In this document: in pieces, positions 1-13,960 of the stretch
How positions within the stretch are numbered: position 1 is the stretch's first letter
Layout: each line of letters starts with the position of its first letter
Assembly: GCF_009914755.1 (NCBI RefSeq)
Contig: NC_060931.1
Source of the DNA: the human T2T-CHM13v2.0 reference genome, Homo sapiens
Length of the DNA: 64,000 nucleotides
Reading direction: 5' to 3' (one strand)
Translations under genes and position numbers: made by a program
The notes under the pieces: generated by a model
What the model saw: only the letters and a program-made list of their open reading frames with translations
Databases searched by the model: none
What the model was told of the DNA's origin: nothing

Positions 1-379
1 TTTGTATCAGTGTAAACTGGATGTGAAACATGGAGTCAAAGGGATCATTTTTGAGCTTTAAGATTTGATTGCCCAACTGGATTTTGGACTTGTATATGGC
101 CTGTAACCGCTTTGTTTTGGCCAATTTCTTCCATTTGGAATGGCTGTATTTACCTAATGCCTGTACCCCCATTTTATCTAGGAAGTAACTAACTTGCTTT
201 TAATTTTACAGGCTCATAGGAAGAAGGGACTTGCCTTGTCTCAGATGAGACTTTGACTATTGGCTTTTGAATTAATGCTGAAATGAGTCAGCAGGAAAAG
301 ACGTTGGAGGACTGTTGGGAAGGCCTGATTGGTTTTGAAATGTGAGGACATGAGATTTGGGAGGGGTCATCAGTGGAAT
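1..379 (+). mobile_element. THE1/MST-type MaLR internal region, 3' end (truncated by window)
   Basis: Typical THE1-int 3' sequence (GGACTTGCCTTGTCTCAGATGAGACTTTG...GAGATTTGGGAGGGG purine tract) directly abutting the LTR. Confidence 0.85.
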
Positions 380-739
380 TATATGGTTTGGCTTTGTCCT
401 CACCCAAATCTCATCTTGAATTATAGCTCTCATAACTCCCATGTGTTGTGGGAGGGACCTGGTAGAAGATAGTTGAATGATGAGGGCAGTTTCCCTCATA
501 CTGTTGTTGTGGTAGTGAATAAGTCTCATAAGATCTGATGGTTTTATAAGAGGTTTTCTCCTTTCACTTGGATCTCATTCTTTCTTGCTTGCCACCATGG
601 AAGACATGCCTTTTGCCTACCACCATTATTGTGAGGCCTCCCCAGCCAAGTAGAACTGTAAGTCCATTAAACCTTTCTCTTTATAAATTACCCAGTCTTG
701 GGTATGTCTTTATCAGCAGCATGAGAACAAACTAATACA
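380..739 (+). mobile_element. THE1 (C/D-like) 3' LTR
   Basis: Starts (T)ATATGGTTTGGCTTTGTCCTCACCCAAATCTCATCTTGAA, contains CCATTAAACCT, ends AACTAATACA; about 360 bp. Confidence 0.9.
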
Positions 740-899
740 CTAGATAAGCCTGAGATTCTTTAAACCACAAATTCTTTTTAAAACGCAAAAGTTGCACTCT
801 CCTTTTTGTTGGAGAAGGGTAGCATCTCCTTGCCTGAAAAAGGCCTGAATTCACCTGAATCAAGGGCTTCACCTAAGGGCACTTGATTTCACTAAAGCA

Positions 900-3800
900 C
901 TGGAGTCTCTTAAAGGCAGAATTGATCAAATAGAAGAAAGAATTCATGAGCGTGAAGACAGGCTATTTGAAGATACACAATCAGAAGCAACAAAACAAAA
1001 AAGAATAAAAAAGAATGAAGTATACCCACAAGATCTAGAAGATAGCCTCCAAATGGCAAATTATTGGCCTTAAAGAAAGAGTTATTGGCCTTAAAGTTAT
1101 TGGTTTAAAAAAAAAGGTATTAGCCTTAAAGAAAAGGTATTAGCCTTAAAGAAAATGTAGAGAAAGAGATAGAGGTAGAAAGTTTATTCAAAGGAATAAT
1201 AACAGAGAACTTCCTAAACCTAGAGAAAGATACCAATATTCAAATACAAGAAGGTTATAGAACACCAATCCAATTTAACCCAAAGGAGACTATCTCAAGG
1301 CATTTAATAATCGAACTCCAAAAGGTCAAAGATAAAGAAAGGATCCTAAAAGCAGCAAGGAAAATGAACACATAGCATACAATGGTGGTCCAATATGTCT
1401 GGCAGCAGACTTCTCAGTGGAAACATTTCAGGCCAGGAGAGAGCGACATGACTGTTTAAGGTGTTGATGGAAAAAACTTTTACCCTAGAATAGTATATTC
1501 AGCAAAAATGTCCTTCAAGCATTAAGGAGAAATACGTACCTTCTTGGACAAACAAAAGCTGAGGGATTTCATCAATATCAGAGCAGTTCTACAAGAAATG
1601 GAAAGGGAGTTTTTCAAGCAGAAAGAAAAGGATGTTAATGAGTAGGAGAAATGCAAAGGGAGTTTTTCAAGCAGAAAAGAAAAGGATGTTAGTGAGCAAG
1701 AAGAAATCATCTGAAGGTACAAAACTCACTGGTAATAGTAAGCCCATAGGAAAACAAAGAATATTATAATGGTGTAATTGTAATGCATAAACTGCTCTTA
1801 AGTAGAAAGACTAAATAATGAATGAATCAAAAACAATAACTACAACAAATTTTCAAGACATCGAGAGTATATAATGAGACATAAATACAAGCAACAAAGA
1901 GTTAATAAGTAGGGGGATGTAGTTAAAGTGTAGAGCTGTGATTAGTTTTCTTTTTGCATGTATGTTGCTTATGTAATCAGTGTTGTCATCAGTTTTAAAT
2001 AATGGGTTGTTTGCAAGACTCACAGTAACCATAAATTGAAAAACACAAAACAGATACACAAAAAATTAAAAGCAAGAAATTAAATAATAACACCAGAGAA
2101 AATCAACTTCACTAAAAGGGAGATAGGAATGAAGGAAAGAAGGAAGAGACACCACAAAACGACTAGGAAACAAATAACAAGATGGCAGGAGCAAGTCTCT
2201 ACTTACCAATAATAGCATTGAATGTAAATGGACTAAACATTCCAGTCAAAAAGACAGAGAATAGTTGAATGGATGGAAAAAACAAGATCCAATGGTCTCT
2301 TGCCTGCAGGAAACACATTTCACCTATAAAGATAAACATACACTTAAAATAAAAGGATAGAAAAAGGTGTTCTATGCCAATTGAAACCAAAAAAGGACAG
2401 TAGTAGGTATACTTACATAAGACAAAATAGATTTCTAAACAAAACCTGTAAGAAGAGACAAAAAAGGTTATTATATAATGATAAAGGGATCAATCCTGCA
2501 ACAGAATATAACAATTATAAGTATATATGATGAAGAAATTAAGAAGGAAATTGAAAATTTGCTTGAAACAAATGATAATGGAAACACAACATACCAAAAC
2601 ATATGGAATACGGTGAAAGCAGTAGTAAAAGGGAAATTTGTATCCATAAGTGCCTGCATCAAAAAGGAAGAAAAACTTCAAATAACCCCATGATGCATCA
2701 GAAAGAACCAGGAAAACAAGAGCAAACCAAACACAATATTAGTAGAAGAAAAGAAATCATAAAGATCAGAGCAAAAATAAATAAAATTGAAATAAAAGAA
2801 AACAATACAAAAGATCAACAAAACAAAAAGTTTTTTTAAAAAGATAAAGAAAATTGACAAACCTTTAGCCAGAAAAACAAAGAAAAAAGGGAGAAGGCCC
2901 AAATAAATAAAATCAGAGATGAAAAAGGAGACATTACAACTGATACCACAGAAATTCAAAGGATCATTATTTGTGGCTACTATGAGCAACTATATGCCAA
3001 TAAATTGGAAAGTCTAAAGGAAATGGACAAATTCCTAGACACATACAACCTACCAAGATTGAACCACGAAGAAAGTCAAAACCTGAACAGACCAATAACA
3101 AGTCACAAGATTAAAACTGTAATAAAAAGCCTCCCAGCAACAAAAAGCTTGGGACTCGATAGCTTCACTGATGAATTTACCAAAAATTTTAAAAAACTAA
3201 TACCAATCCTACCAACCTATTCCAAAAAATGAAGGAAGAAATACTTCCAAAATCATTCTATGAAGCCAGTATTACCATAATACTAAAACCAAAGACACAT
3301 CAAAATAAGAAAATTTCAAGCCAATATCTCTGATGAATATTGATGCAAAAATCCTCAACAAAATACCAGCAAACAAATTAAAAAATACATTAGAAAGATC
3401 ATTCATCACGACCAATTGGGATTTATCCCAGGGATGCAAGGATAGTTCAACATACACTAATCCATCAATGTGATACATCATATCAACAGAATGAAGGACA
3501 AAAGCCATGTGATCCATATGATCAATTGAAGTGAAAAAGAATTTGATAAAATTCAACATCTCTTCAGGATAAAAACCATCAAAAAACAGGATATAGAAGA
3601 AATATACCTTAACATAAGAAAAGCCATATATGGCAGACCCACAGCTAGTATCATACTGAATAGAGAAAAACTGAAATCCTCTCCTCTAAGATCTGGAACA
3701 TGACAAGGATGCTGTGTCACCACAGTTATTCAACACAGTACTGCAAGTCCTAGCTAGAGCAATCAGACAAGAGAAAAAATAAAGGGCATCCAAATTGGAA

Positions 3801-4543
3801 AGGAAGAAGTCAAATTATCCTTGTTTGCTGATGTTATAATCTTGTATTTGGAAAAACATCAAGACTCCACCAGAAAACTATTAGAACTGATAAAAAAAAT
3901 TCAGTCAAGTTTCAGGATACAAAATCAACACACAAAAATTAGTAGCATTTCTATATGCCAACAGTGAACAAGAAACCAATAAATACAATAACCATAAATA
4001 AAATTAAATACCTAAGAATTAACTTGACTAAAGAAGTGAAAGGTCTCTACAATGAAAACTATAAAACATTGATTAAATTGAATAGGACACAAAAAATGAA
4101 AGATATTCTATGTTCATAGATTGAAAGAATCAATATTGTTCAAATGTCATACTATCCAATGCAATCTAAAGATTCGATGCAATTCCTATCAAAATACTAA
4201 TGACTTTCTTCATGTAAATAGAAAAAGCAATCCTAAAATTTATATGGAACCACAAAAGACCCAGAAAAGCCAGTCATCCTAAGCAAACAGAAAAAAACTG
4301 TTAACTGTTTGTCTTTCTGTGCCTGGCAGAGTTTACTTAACAGTTAATTTAATTGTACACTTGAAAATAACTAAAAGCATATAATTTGATTGTTTATAAC
4401 ACAAAGGAAAAATGCTTGAGGTGATGGATACCACATTTACTCTGATGTGGTCATTATGCATTACATGCCTATATCAAGATATCTAGTGTATCCCAGAAAT
4501 ATATACACCTACTATAGTATGTACTCACAAAAATTTAAAAAAT
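900..4543 (+). mobile_element. Decayed LINE-1 (L1MA2/3-like): ORF1 3' part, inter-ORF spacer, ORF2 with internal deletions, 3' UTR
   Basis: ORF2 start ATGGCAGGAGCAAGTC...AATGTAAATGGACTAAA near 2181; ORF-track peptides [18 protein letters not shown] and NDNGNTTYQNIWNT are L1 ORF2p; L1MA-type 3' end at 4345-4543. Many stops and frameshifts. Confidence 0.9.
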
Positions 4544-5850
4544 GTCCACAATACCCAAAGTGATCTACAGATTCCATGCAATCTCTATCAAAATACCAAT
4601 AACATTTTTTACAGAAATAGAAAAAAACCATAAAGTTCATATGGTATCTCAAGGGACCTCAAATAGCCAGTCTTACAATTTTGAAAAACTATAATACAGT
4701 TGGAGGTCTAACATTTCTTTATTTGAAAACAACTATGAAGCAACAGATGTGTTGACCAATGGAACAGAATGGAGAACTCAGAAATTTTGCCTTTATTGCC
4801 AAATCGTTTTCAATAAGGGTGCCAAGACTACTCCATGAGGAAAGGACAGTCTCTTCAACAAATGGTATTGGGAAAAACGGATATTCATGTGCAAACGGTG
4901 AAGTTTTGAGTATACCATATGCAAAACATTAAATGGATTACAGACCTAAACATAAGATTAAAAACTATTAAAATCTTGGAAGAAAAAATAGGGGGAAAAC
5001 TTCAGGACATTGACTTTGGCAATACTTTCTTGGATATGACATGAAATCACAGGCAATGAAGGCAAAAATAGATATACTGAACCATATCAAACTTATAGAT
5101 GTCTGAACATCAAAGGAAACAATCAAGGAAGTGAAAAGGCAATCTATGGAGAGGAAGAAAATATTTGAAAACCTTCTATCTGATAAAAGGTTAATATATA
5201 TATGTCCATACATATGGAACTTCTGCAGCTCAGTGACAGAAATGCGAATAACTTGATTTAAAAGTGGACAAAAGACTCGAATACACGTTTTCCCAAAAAA
5301 CATATACAGTGACCCACAAGCATATGTAAAGATGTTCAACATCACTAATTATAAGAGAAATGCAAATCAAAACCACAATGAGATATTACTTCATACTCAT
5401 TAGAATGGCCACCATCAAAAGAACTGAAAATGGTGTTTCTGAAGATATGGAGACATTGCAATCCTTGTGTACATATAATGAAATATTATGCAGCCTTAAA
5501 AAAGAGAAAATTGTTTCACAGGATACTGCATAGATGAACCTCAAGAGCATTATTCTAAGCAAAATAAGTCAGTCACAAAGGGACAAATGCTGCAAAAGTC
5601 CACTCATATGAAACATCTAAAGTCATCAAAATCATAGACATAGAAAGTAGAAAGGGGATTGTCAAGGACGGGTGGGGAGTGGGGAATGAGTATTCATGAG
5701 TGTGAAGTTTCAGTTTTGAAAGATGAAAAAATTCTAGATAACTGTTTCACAACATGTGAATATACTTAACACCACTGAACTGCATATTTAAAATAACTAC
5801 AATGGCCAATTTAATGTTGGGTGTTTATTTTTTACGACAATAATAAAAAA
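4544..5850 (+). mobile_element. Second, older LINE-1 3' portion (L1MB-like)
   Basis: Restarts in the ORF2 region already covered at 4145-4290 (ATCTACAGATTCCATGCAATC), so it is a separate element; L1MB-type 3' UTR ending ACAATAATAAAAAA. Confidence 0.8.
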
Positions 5851-6197
5851 CATATAGGATTCTGTAAAGTGGCATATCCTGGAGGCCTTTCTCTTCTCTT
5901 GTAGCTGTCTGGATAATAAATAGGAGTTTTAATTTTCTCCTTGCGAATTTTAAAGTGCTGCTCCAAATTGCAAGTTATTAGGGAGAATTGTAAGGATGTT
6001 GGTGATTCACCTTTCCTCATTACTGCTTCTGGGGAGGGCAGAATGGGGATGGAACAAGATGTGGGGCCACACTGAGCTGTATTGGGATTTTTTTCTTTTT
6101 CTTGTCTCTCTTATGTATAGGACTTTTTTTATAGGTATAACATGGTACATTAGGTTGGATCCCTTTCCTTGTTTGCTTATTGTTATAGAAATTTTTT

Positions 6198-6528
<331 letters not shown>

Positions 6529-6751
6529 TTACTAGATACTTAGGGAAGGGAAATGATGTGATCCAGCTTCATTCTGCCATTTTGACTACTTCTTGTGAGC
6601 ATTCTTGCATGTTATTTGATTTACTAAGGAACTCATTGCTGTGACATAACTTACTTTATATTATAACCAATTTAATATACATTGAACATGTACTCTGTCC
6701 CATACTCTGGGCAAAGCACTGAGGCTACAGAGATAAATAAGATACACCGAC

Positions 6752-7090
6752 AGTTATGGTCTCAAGTTTGCACACACCTGAACTTCTTATGTTGAAATCC
6801 AATCCCCAGTATAATGGTATTAGGAGGTGAGACCTTTGGGAGATAATTAGATCAGGAAGGTGGAGCCCTAATGAATGGGATTAGTGTTCTTTTAAGAAGA
6901 GGCCAGAGAGCTAGTTCCTCCTCTTACCACTTTGAGAAGTCAGAAGTCTGCAGGCTGGAAGAGAACACACACCAGAACCCAACTGTGCTGGCATCTTGGT
7001 CTCAGACTTCCTGCCTTATGTGAGAATAAATGTCCATTGTTTAAGAGCCAGTTCAGGATCACTTGTTATGCAGTCAAGCTGACTGAGACA
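6752..7090 (+). mobile_element. MLT1A-like MaLR solo LTR
   Basis: TTATGTTGAAATCCAATCCCCAG...GGTGGAGCCCTAATGAATGGGATTAGTG...AATAAATGTCCATTGTTTAAG...GACTGAGACA. Confidence 0.85.
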
Positions 7091-7439
7091 CTGACTGAGT
7101 CTGTCCATTCTGAAAGTGGCACAGAACAGTTCAGTGTGGTGAGCACAGGGACCACATGCAACATCCAGGCAAGGTCTGCTCAAGGTCAGCAGGGAGAGAA
7201 GGGACGAGGACTCTGTTTTGAACCCAGGTTTCTGGGCAGGAAGGCCAGGACCTGGGACCCAGAGGAACATGCGTGTTTAACCTCGCTCTGTTGCAACAGC
7301 TTGTCTCTGGAAAAGATTGAGTGCAACCCACTTGGAGACAAGGGCTCAGAAAAGTGCACTTTGTAGGTCTTTCTCTGTGTGTGACTCAAAATAGTTCTTT
7401 CTAAAAAACAGGTAATAATTCCTTTCAAAATCTTAACAA

Positions 7440-8135
7440 CAATGAATTAGAACAGTGATAATATCCCGTGCTGTTAGGAAAGGAGAAAGGGACATTCTGT
7501 TCACATTACTCAAACAACTATAAATTGCTTCAATGGTTTTAGAAAACAACTTGACAGAACCTATTAAAGTAAAAATACGCTTGCATTTTGACACAGAAAA
7601 GCACCTTTGGGGAATCTATCCTACCGATATAATGCCATCAGTTTATAAGTCTAGGTGAATAAGGTTGTTTACTGAAGCATTATTTATAGTGCTGACAAAA
7701 TAGAGAAACTTGTGTATCAACTGTCAGTACACGGAAAATGGAATGCATCTTAGTGCATCCATCTGTAGAATATTATGCATCAAGGAATGTAATAATATAG
7801 CGTTAATTGAAAAAGACAATTTGCTGAGTGAGCACCATGTATGAATGGAAAAGAAGTCTTTACATTTGGAGTGTGTGTGTGGAGTGCGTGTTCTATGTGT
7901 CTCTGTGGCTATGTGCATTTTTATGAGTATAGAAAACAGTATGGAAGGCTGTATACTAAGGTTTCAACATTGATTACCTTGGAGAAGGGGGTAGATAACT
8001 AGAGGAGGAGGAAGAAATCATTGTCTTTGACTTTGTGATTCCCTGTGGTGAATTGTTGATTTTGTTTGTTGCAACAAGCAACATGCATTACTTTTGTAGT
8101 TTGAAAGGAAAATCCAATAAGGCATGAAGAAATAA
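7440..8135 (+). mobile_element. Ancient LINE-1 3' fragment (L1ME-like)
   Basis: Degenerate L1 ORF2-end and 3' UTR motifs (TTTGGGGAATCTATCCTA; GCATTATTTATAG). Confidence 0.6.
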
Positions 8136-8507
8136 AATACAAATCTTAACTGTTTGTGGTCAGGGGACAAATAAGGCAGGCTCAGGGTTTAGGGAATGCC
8201 CTCACCCACTGCATAACTTTCAGGTCACTTCCCCTGGCCCCTTGTGCACATGCTCATTCTGCAGCATCCAGCAGGTACCGGCAGTGTGGGTGTTCACTCT
8301 GAGAGCGCCCATCAGTGTGAGAGACACTTGACTGTTGCATGTGAGTTCTAGGATAGTCACTCTGTCCTCTGTGAATCCATCACTCGTGTAGAGTCCTAAC
8401 TCTCTGGAAAGGAAGCACTGAGGTAGGTAAATGGAGCACCCAGGCGGGGTAATATGTTCAATGTCATCACACTGTGCCTTCTAAGTGACTTCTGTTCCTT
8501 TAGCCTA

Positions 8508-8910
<403 letters not shown>

Positions 8911-9874
8911 TCAAGTGCACAGCATAAAAACGTGGAGCTGCCCTAGTCCATGCGGAAAAGAATGAACTGATGAGGGAATATTCCTTCATTCTCCATCTTA
9001 TATGACTTGCTCTTGGCAACTGCTATGTTTAAATTAGGCTTCATCTCCAAAGCTTTCATGGAAAAGACTGACTATTATCCCTAGTAAAAATGTTTATCTA
9101 AGAAAACTCATGTTCATTTCTAAATAAGTTGAGGGGATCTATCACAAAGCCCCTTTAAAAATACAAACACGATGCATGGTTTGTAGCTGATGTGGAGGCT
9201 TCAGTCTAAACCTGGGAGTGTAACATGGTGAAGGAAATGAGAACCAGTCTGATCTCTTGACTTTCCTGTGCACAAGGCTTGATGCCATTTCATTCTCCAA
9301 GATCTCTAAAGGTGCCTGAGCAGAAATCCACAAAGAATCCTTTTCAAGCCTTCTGTTTTCCACTTAGCATCAGACAGGTCAACTGTTTCTTTCAGGAATT
9401 GTTCGATTTATGCCATAGTCTGCCCAATATTTAAAAAACAATTTCTCTTTTACATAGTAAAAGTGCAATACTATAGGTGATTAAGTGATTGGACACCCCT
9501 GCCTCCTACCATAGGCTGAAGATGATGTGGGAAGAAATGAGAATGCCACAGAATTAGGGGGGAAGGAGGGTCCAAAAGTAAATTTTACAGCAGTGCCCTT
9601 TTCCCTGGGTGGCTTTGTCACAATGTCACTCAGGGGCTCCTTGGTGCCCGAGTCCCAGGAGGTGTCCCCTGCCCCCATGTGTTTTCATTGCTCTCTTTCA
9701 CTGCCCCTTTGTTACTCAGTGTCAGTTTCCTTTTGCTTTCGAGCTGCAACAGCACATTCACACATCCTTCACCTGTCACCAGGTGATGAGGCTGTTTCCT
9801 CTGTGCATTCTTGACGCTGAACCTCGGCCTGATGAGCTGGAGTAGGAGGATTCAATCCTCAGGGCCTGGATGGT

Positions 9875-10268
<394 letters not shown>

Positions 10269-10724
10269 ACTGGATGAGTGTAAATGCAGTTTAAGCAGAA
10301 TGTTCTGGTGTTGTTACCTCATCTCCAGAAAAGTGTTATTTCCATCAGGCCAAATGAGCAATGTAGTGAGAGAAGATTCACTGAAGTAAGACTCAACAAT
10401 AAAACTGAGTAACTCCCAAGCTTGCTGCTAACAGCAGGGCTGGAGCCCAAAGTACAGTTGATGAAAGTCACCACTAAGGGTGGGTTCCCCGTGAGTTATC
10501 TTGGGGACTTGGGGCACAGTGGGGCACAGATGTGCCTCTGGCTGGGGTGCCTGGACCTGTCTTAGGGCAATGTATGTCAAGGATTTACATCGAGAACGTG
10601 GTGTCTGTTTAAGATGGGTTCTCATGTCTGTAGGAAATAGGGGGTGTCTTTTCTTATTGCAAATCCTCAAACTGGATGAAAACCTTCACACTAGATTTTA
10701 AATCCACAGACATCCCAGTTCTGT

Positions 10725-10868
10725 AGTTTTGATGCTTCTCTGTGCTTCCATTTCCTTATTTCTAAGATGGGTTTGTAATTATCTGCTTCATGGCATTATT
10801 AGAACAATCAAAATTCTGTAAAGTGTCAATTGCAGCATCTGAGAAGGCAAGTGCTTAATACATGATGG
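10725..10868 (+). mobile_element. MIR fragment
   Basis: CTCTGTGCTTCCATTTCCTTATTTCTAAGATGGG...AAGTGCTTAATA. Confidence 0.6.
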
Positions 10869-13002
10869 CCATCGAGCTATCCCCCTATCTCAGGAGAAAG
10901 GGTGTGCCTGCAGCATGCAGGATGCAGAGGGTGTGCCCCCAGGCAGGGGAGACCCAGGTCCAGCATATACCTTGCTGGCTCAGGTGCCCTGAGGGCCGCA
11001 GCTCTGTTCACGTTCTCCATTATGAACTCCCATAGGACACCCTGTTTTTTCCACTCACTTAAGTACTTAATTAAATACTTTTTTCAAGCTTTTTTTAACT
11101 TATTCATGTGTGTGAGTTCCGTAGGATACCATGGTCCTGCCCTCATGGAATCACGGTGCTTTAAGTCGTCAGGACATTTTATAGCTCATACACAGTAGCC
11201 AGATCCCTGGATAGACACCTGAATGACAGGAGAGTGGAGCCCATGTCAGGCTGCTCGGGGCTTCCTGTGAGGGAGCATCGCTCCAGGCAGAGAAATATGG
11301 GCAGGATTTCAAAGTGTGGAGAAAAGGGGAAAATATTCCTGGTGCCTGGAACAGCATAAACAACAAGACATTATGGGGAACTCACTGGGTACCTGGAGGG
11401 AACCGCTGTGGGTTGCAGTTCTGAATCTGTGGTTGGACTCCTTGGTGAGACCACAAGAGAGACGTGGAAAGAATTAAGAGCCCAGGGTCTAGTGACTTTC
11501 CTGCCATCTTGAATTCACATCGCCTCATCTTGAGTCAAGAAGATGTTTTTCTGATGCTGGGTGGAAAAAACAATGGATTTGGGAGTCAGGAGGCAACCGT
11601 GCTCCTGGCACTAATTAGCAAGACAAACTCACTGTCTGTTTCTCCTTCTCTCAAGTGGGGATAAAGCCTGCCCTTCACCCTGTACAGAGTGATCCTGAGG
11701 ACAGAATAAGATCAGAGATGAAAGGAGCACTTTGCAGAAAAGTCCAAGTGCCCACATGCGAGAGAATATTACATATTACAATATCCTCTTCTCTTTGCTG
11801 TGGAATCCAGGCCTTTTCCCAAAGTAAGAATCGTGGATGCTCACTCTCATGAGGGGTTTAGGCTTAATTGGAAATCATACCATGACATTGCCTTCTGGAA
11901 AATTCCCTGGAGAATCAGCCAAAGTAGCAGCAATTATCCGGGGAGGCAGCTTGGCAAGAACTGAACCGCGGGGGTTGGTGAGATTTCCCTAAGACATCCT
12001 GTCACACAGACAGAGTGTTACTCTTTCATTTTGCTTTTCCCACTGGGAAGACCTAATTTTTCTCTCTATTGCAGCTTAAAGTTTTAAAGCAAATTTGTTT
12101 GAGTTTATAAGCCAGAAAAATGGAAGTATAACATCAAATCAGGACCCAGGAAGCCAACCCAGCTGTTGATTGGTCTTCAGTTCAAGATGGAGTCATAGCT
12201 GAGGTGACAAATTCCAGGAAGATGAGTGGTTGGGGTCCTCACTCCCTGCCAACCCAGAAACACTTCTGACATTGAATGTCACTTCCTTTTCTGACAGCAT
12301 CACTGAAAGAAAATGAGAACCCTGAGCTAGTAGCTAATAAATAATAGATTTGTAAAATAGCTATATATTTATTTCAAATGTTTTGCCTTTGTCTAAAGGG
12401 ACCTAGGAGAAGATAATCTTGTGTTTTTATGCATATGATTTTGTTTTAATCTAGGATTTTCTATTCCTCTGACTCATCAGAACTTATTTTATCCTACATT
12501 TCTTACTTTGTGACCTGTAGATATTTGTGCTAGATTCCTTCATTCTTTTTCCTTCTGCTGTAAGGAAACTTGTCAATGTGGGGAGCTCTTTTGAGAAATC
12601 ACTCCTATTTAATAATTGTGTGCTATATCTGTGTCTTCTGTCCCCTTTTGTAATGAAAATAACTGCCCTCTGCTGCCATAGATATTAGCCACCCAGACAG
12701 CTTCACCCTCCCGGCAACTCACCTTTTGCCTTGATGCCAATGAGGTCCTCTCTGCCCTTGTGTCTCTTTGGCCTGAGACAAAAGAGTAAAGTCCACAGGT
12801 AGGTAACTCCCAGAAGGATCTCTACTGCCTAATCTCTCAGGCAACTTTTTTATCCCCGCCTTTAAATATTTTTTGTTCATTTTAAAATGATGTATGTATG
12901 TTGATGGGCAACGATTTAGCAATGCTCTTAAGAAAATGGTGCATTTTCCTTGGATAATTTTTACTTGTGATACTGAAAAGTTAGCTTGATTATTTTAACC
13001 AC

Positions 13003-13325
13003 TTTTTTGAGAGATCACTGACATAAAAATTGTGTATGGTTATAGCGTACAACTTAAAGTGTTGCTATCTGTATACATTATGAAAAGACTGCCAATATCA
13101 AGTTAATTTACATATCTATCATCTCTACATAGTTAACATTTGTGTATGTGGTGGTGTGTGTGTGTACAGTGTGTGTGTAATGAGAAGATTTAATTTAAGA
13201 TCTATGCTTTATTTTTTTAATCATCCTAACAAATTTCAAGCATATGACAGGGTTCCATCAACTGTTGTCACTAAACTGTACATGAGATCAACAGAATGCA
13301 TTCATCTTGCATCGCTGAAACTTAG
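13003..13325 (-). mobile_element. LINE-1 3' end (L1MA8/9-like)
   Basis: Antisense L1MA 3' UTR (CTGTATACATTATGAAAAG...AAATTTCAAGCATA...ATTCATCTTGCA). Confidence 0.75.
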
Positions 13326-13559
13326 TAGCTTGATTTAAAGAAGAAGAAAAATATTGAGTGCCTGGCAAAATCTAAAAAGCGCCTCCTGTGTACCAAGAGC
13401 CGGGGCAGACACTGAACAAGACTCATTCCTGCTGCCGTCACTGCTGAGCTCGGGGGCTGCTGCTCTGTTTGGAGCTCCTGCTCTGTGTGGAGCCCCGTGC
13501 GGTTCTTTTTGTCATCTCACCTGCAGGCTCTTCCCTGCACTGCCACCAGCTCGATCTTG

Positions 13560-13960
13560 TTTTCTCTTCCCCTTTGCGCTTTTCCACAGAGCTCTGATTC
13601 GGACCTGAGTGTACTCCTCTGTGTGCACGTGCCGGGCCCTGCGACACACGCCTGTGCTTCTCGCGGGGTCAGTCATGGCTTTGGCCTCCCTGGCACTGCT
13701 GTGGTTTGCTGAGATTTTAGTGATTTCTGCCGATTGCCTAAACTCAGCCTTGGACTTCATTCCGACCCCATGCAAGGCTGTGTGGATAAGCCGCTGTGAA
13801 ACCGCCTGGTACAACGTGATGACGAGCAGAGATACATTTTGCATCCCCGACTCATTATTTCGCTGTCAAAATGTTCCATTTCCTCTCCTCCTCCCTCGAT
13901 TATAGTTCTCTGTGAGTGGTGACTGCATGGTTAATCACCGGCTCATCACCGGTCTGTCAC
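13560..13960. promoter_or_regulatory. CpG-retaining unique patch; candidate promoter or enhancer
   Basis: 15 CpGs counted by hand in 13621-13900 (280 bp), outside any recognisable repeat, in an otherwise CpG-depleted window. Confidence 0.4.

Noticed and set aside
465-482. DUX4 site in the THE1 LTR
   Set aside because: Reads TAGTTGAATGA instead of TAATTGAATCA, with two core mismatches.
2181-4290. L1 ORF2 as a functional CDS
   Set aside because: Frameshifts, stops and a deletion near 2530 that removes much of the endonuclease domain; only short ORF fragments remain.
6932-7366. 144-aa ORF
   Set aside because: Non-ATG start inside an MLT1 LTR; no recognisable domain.
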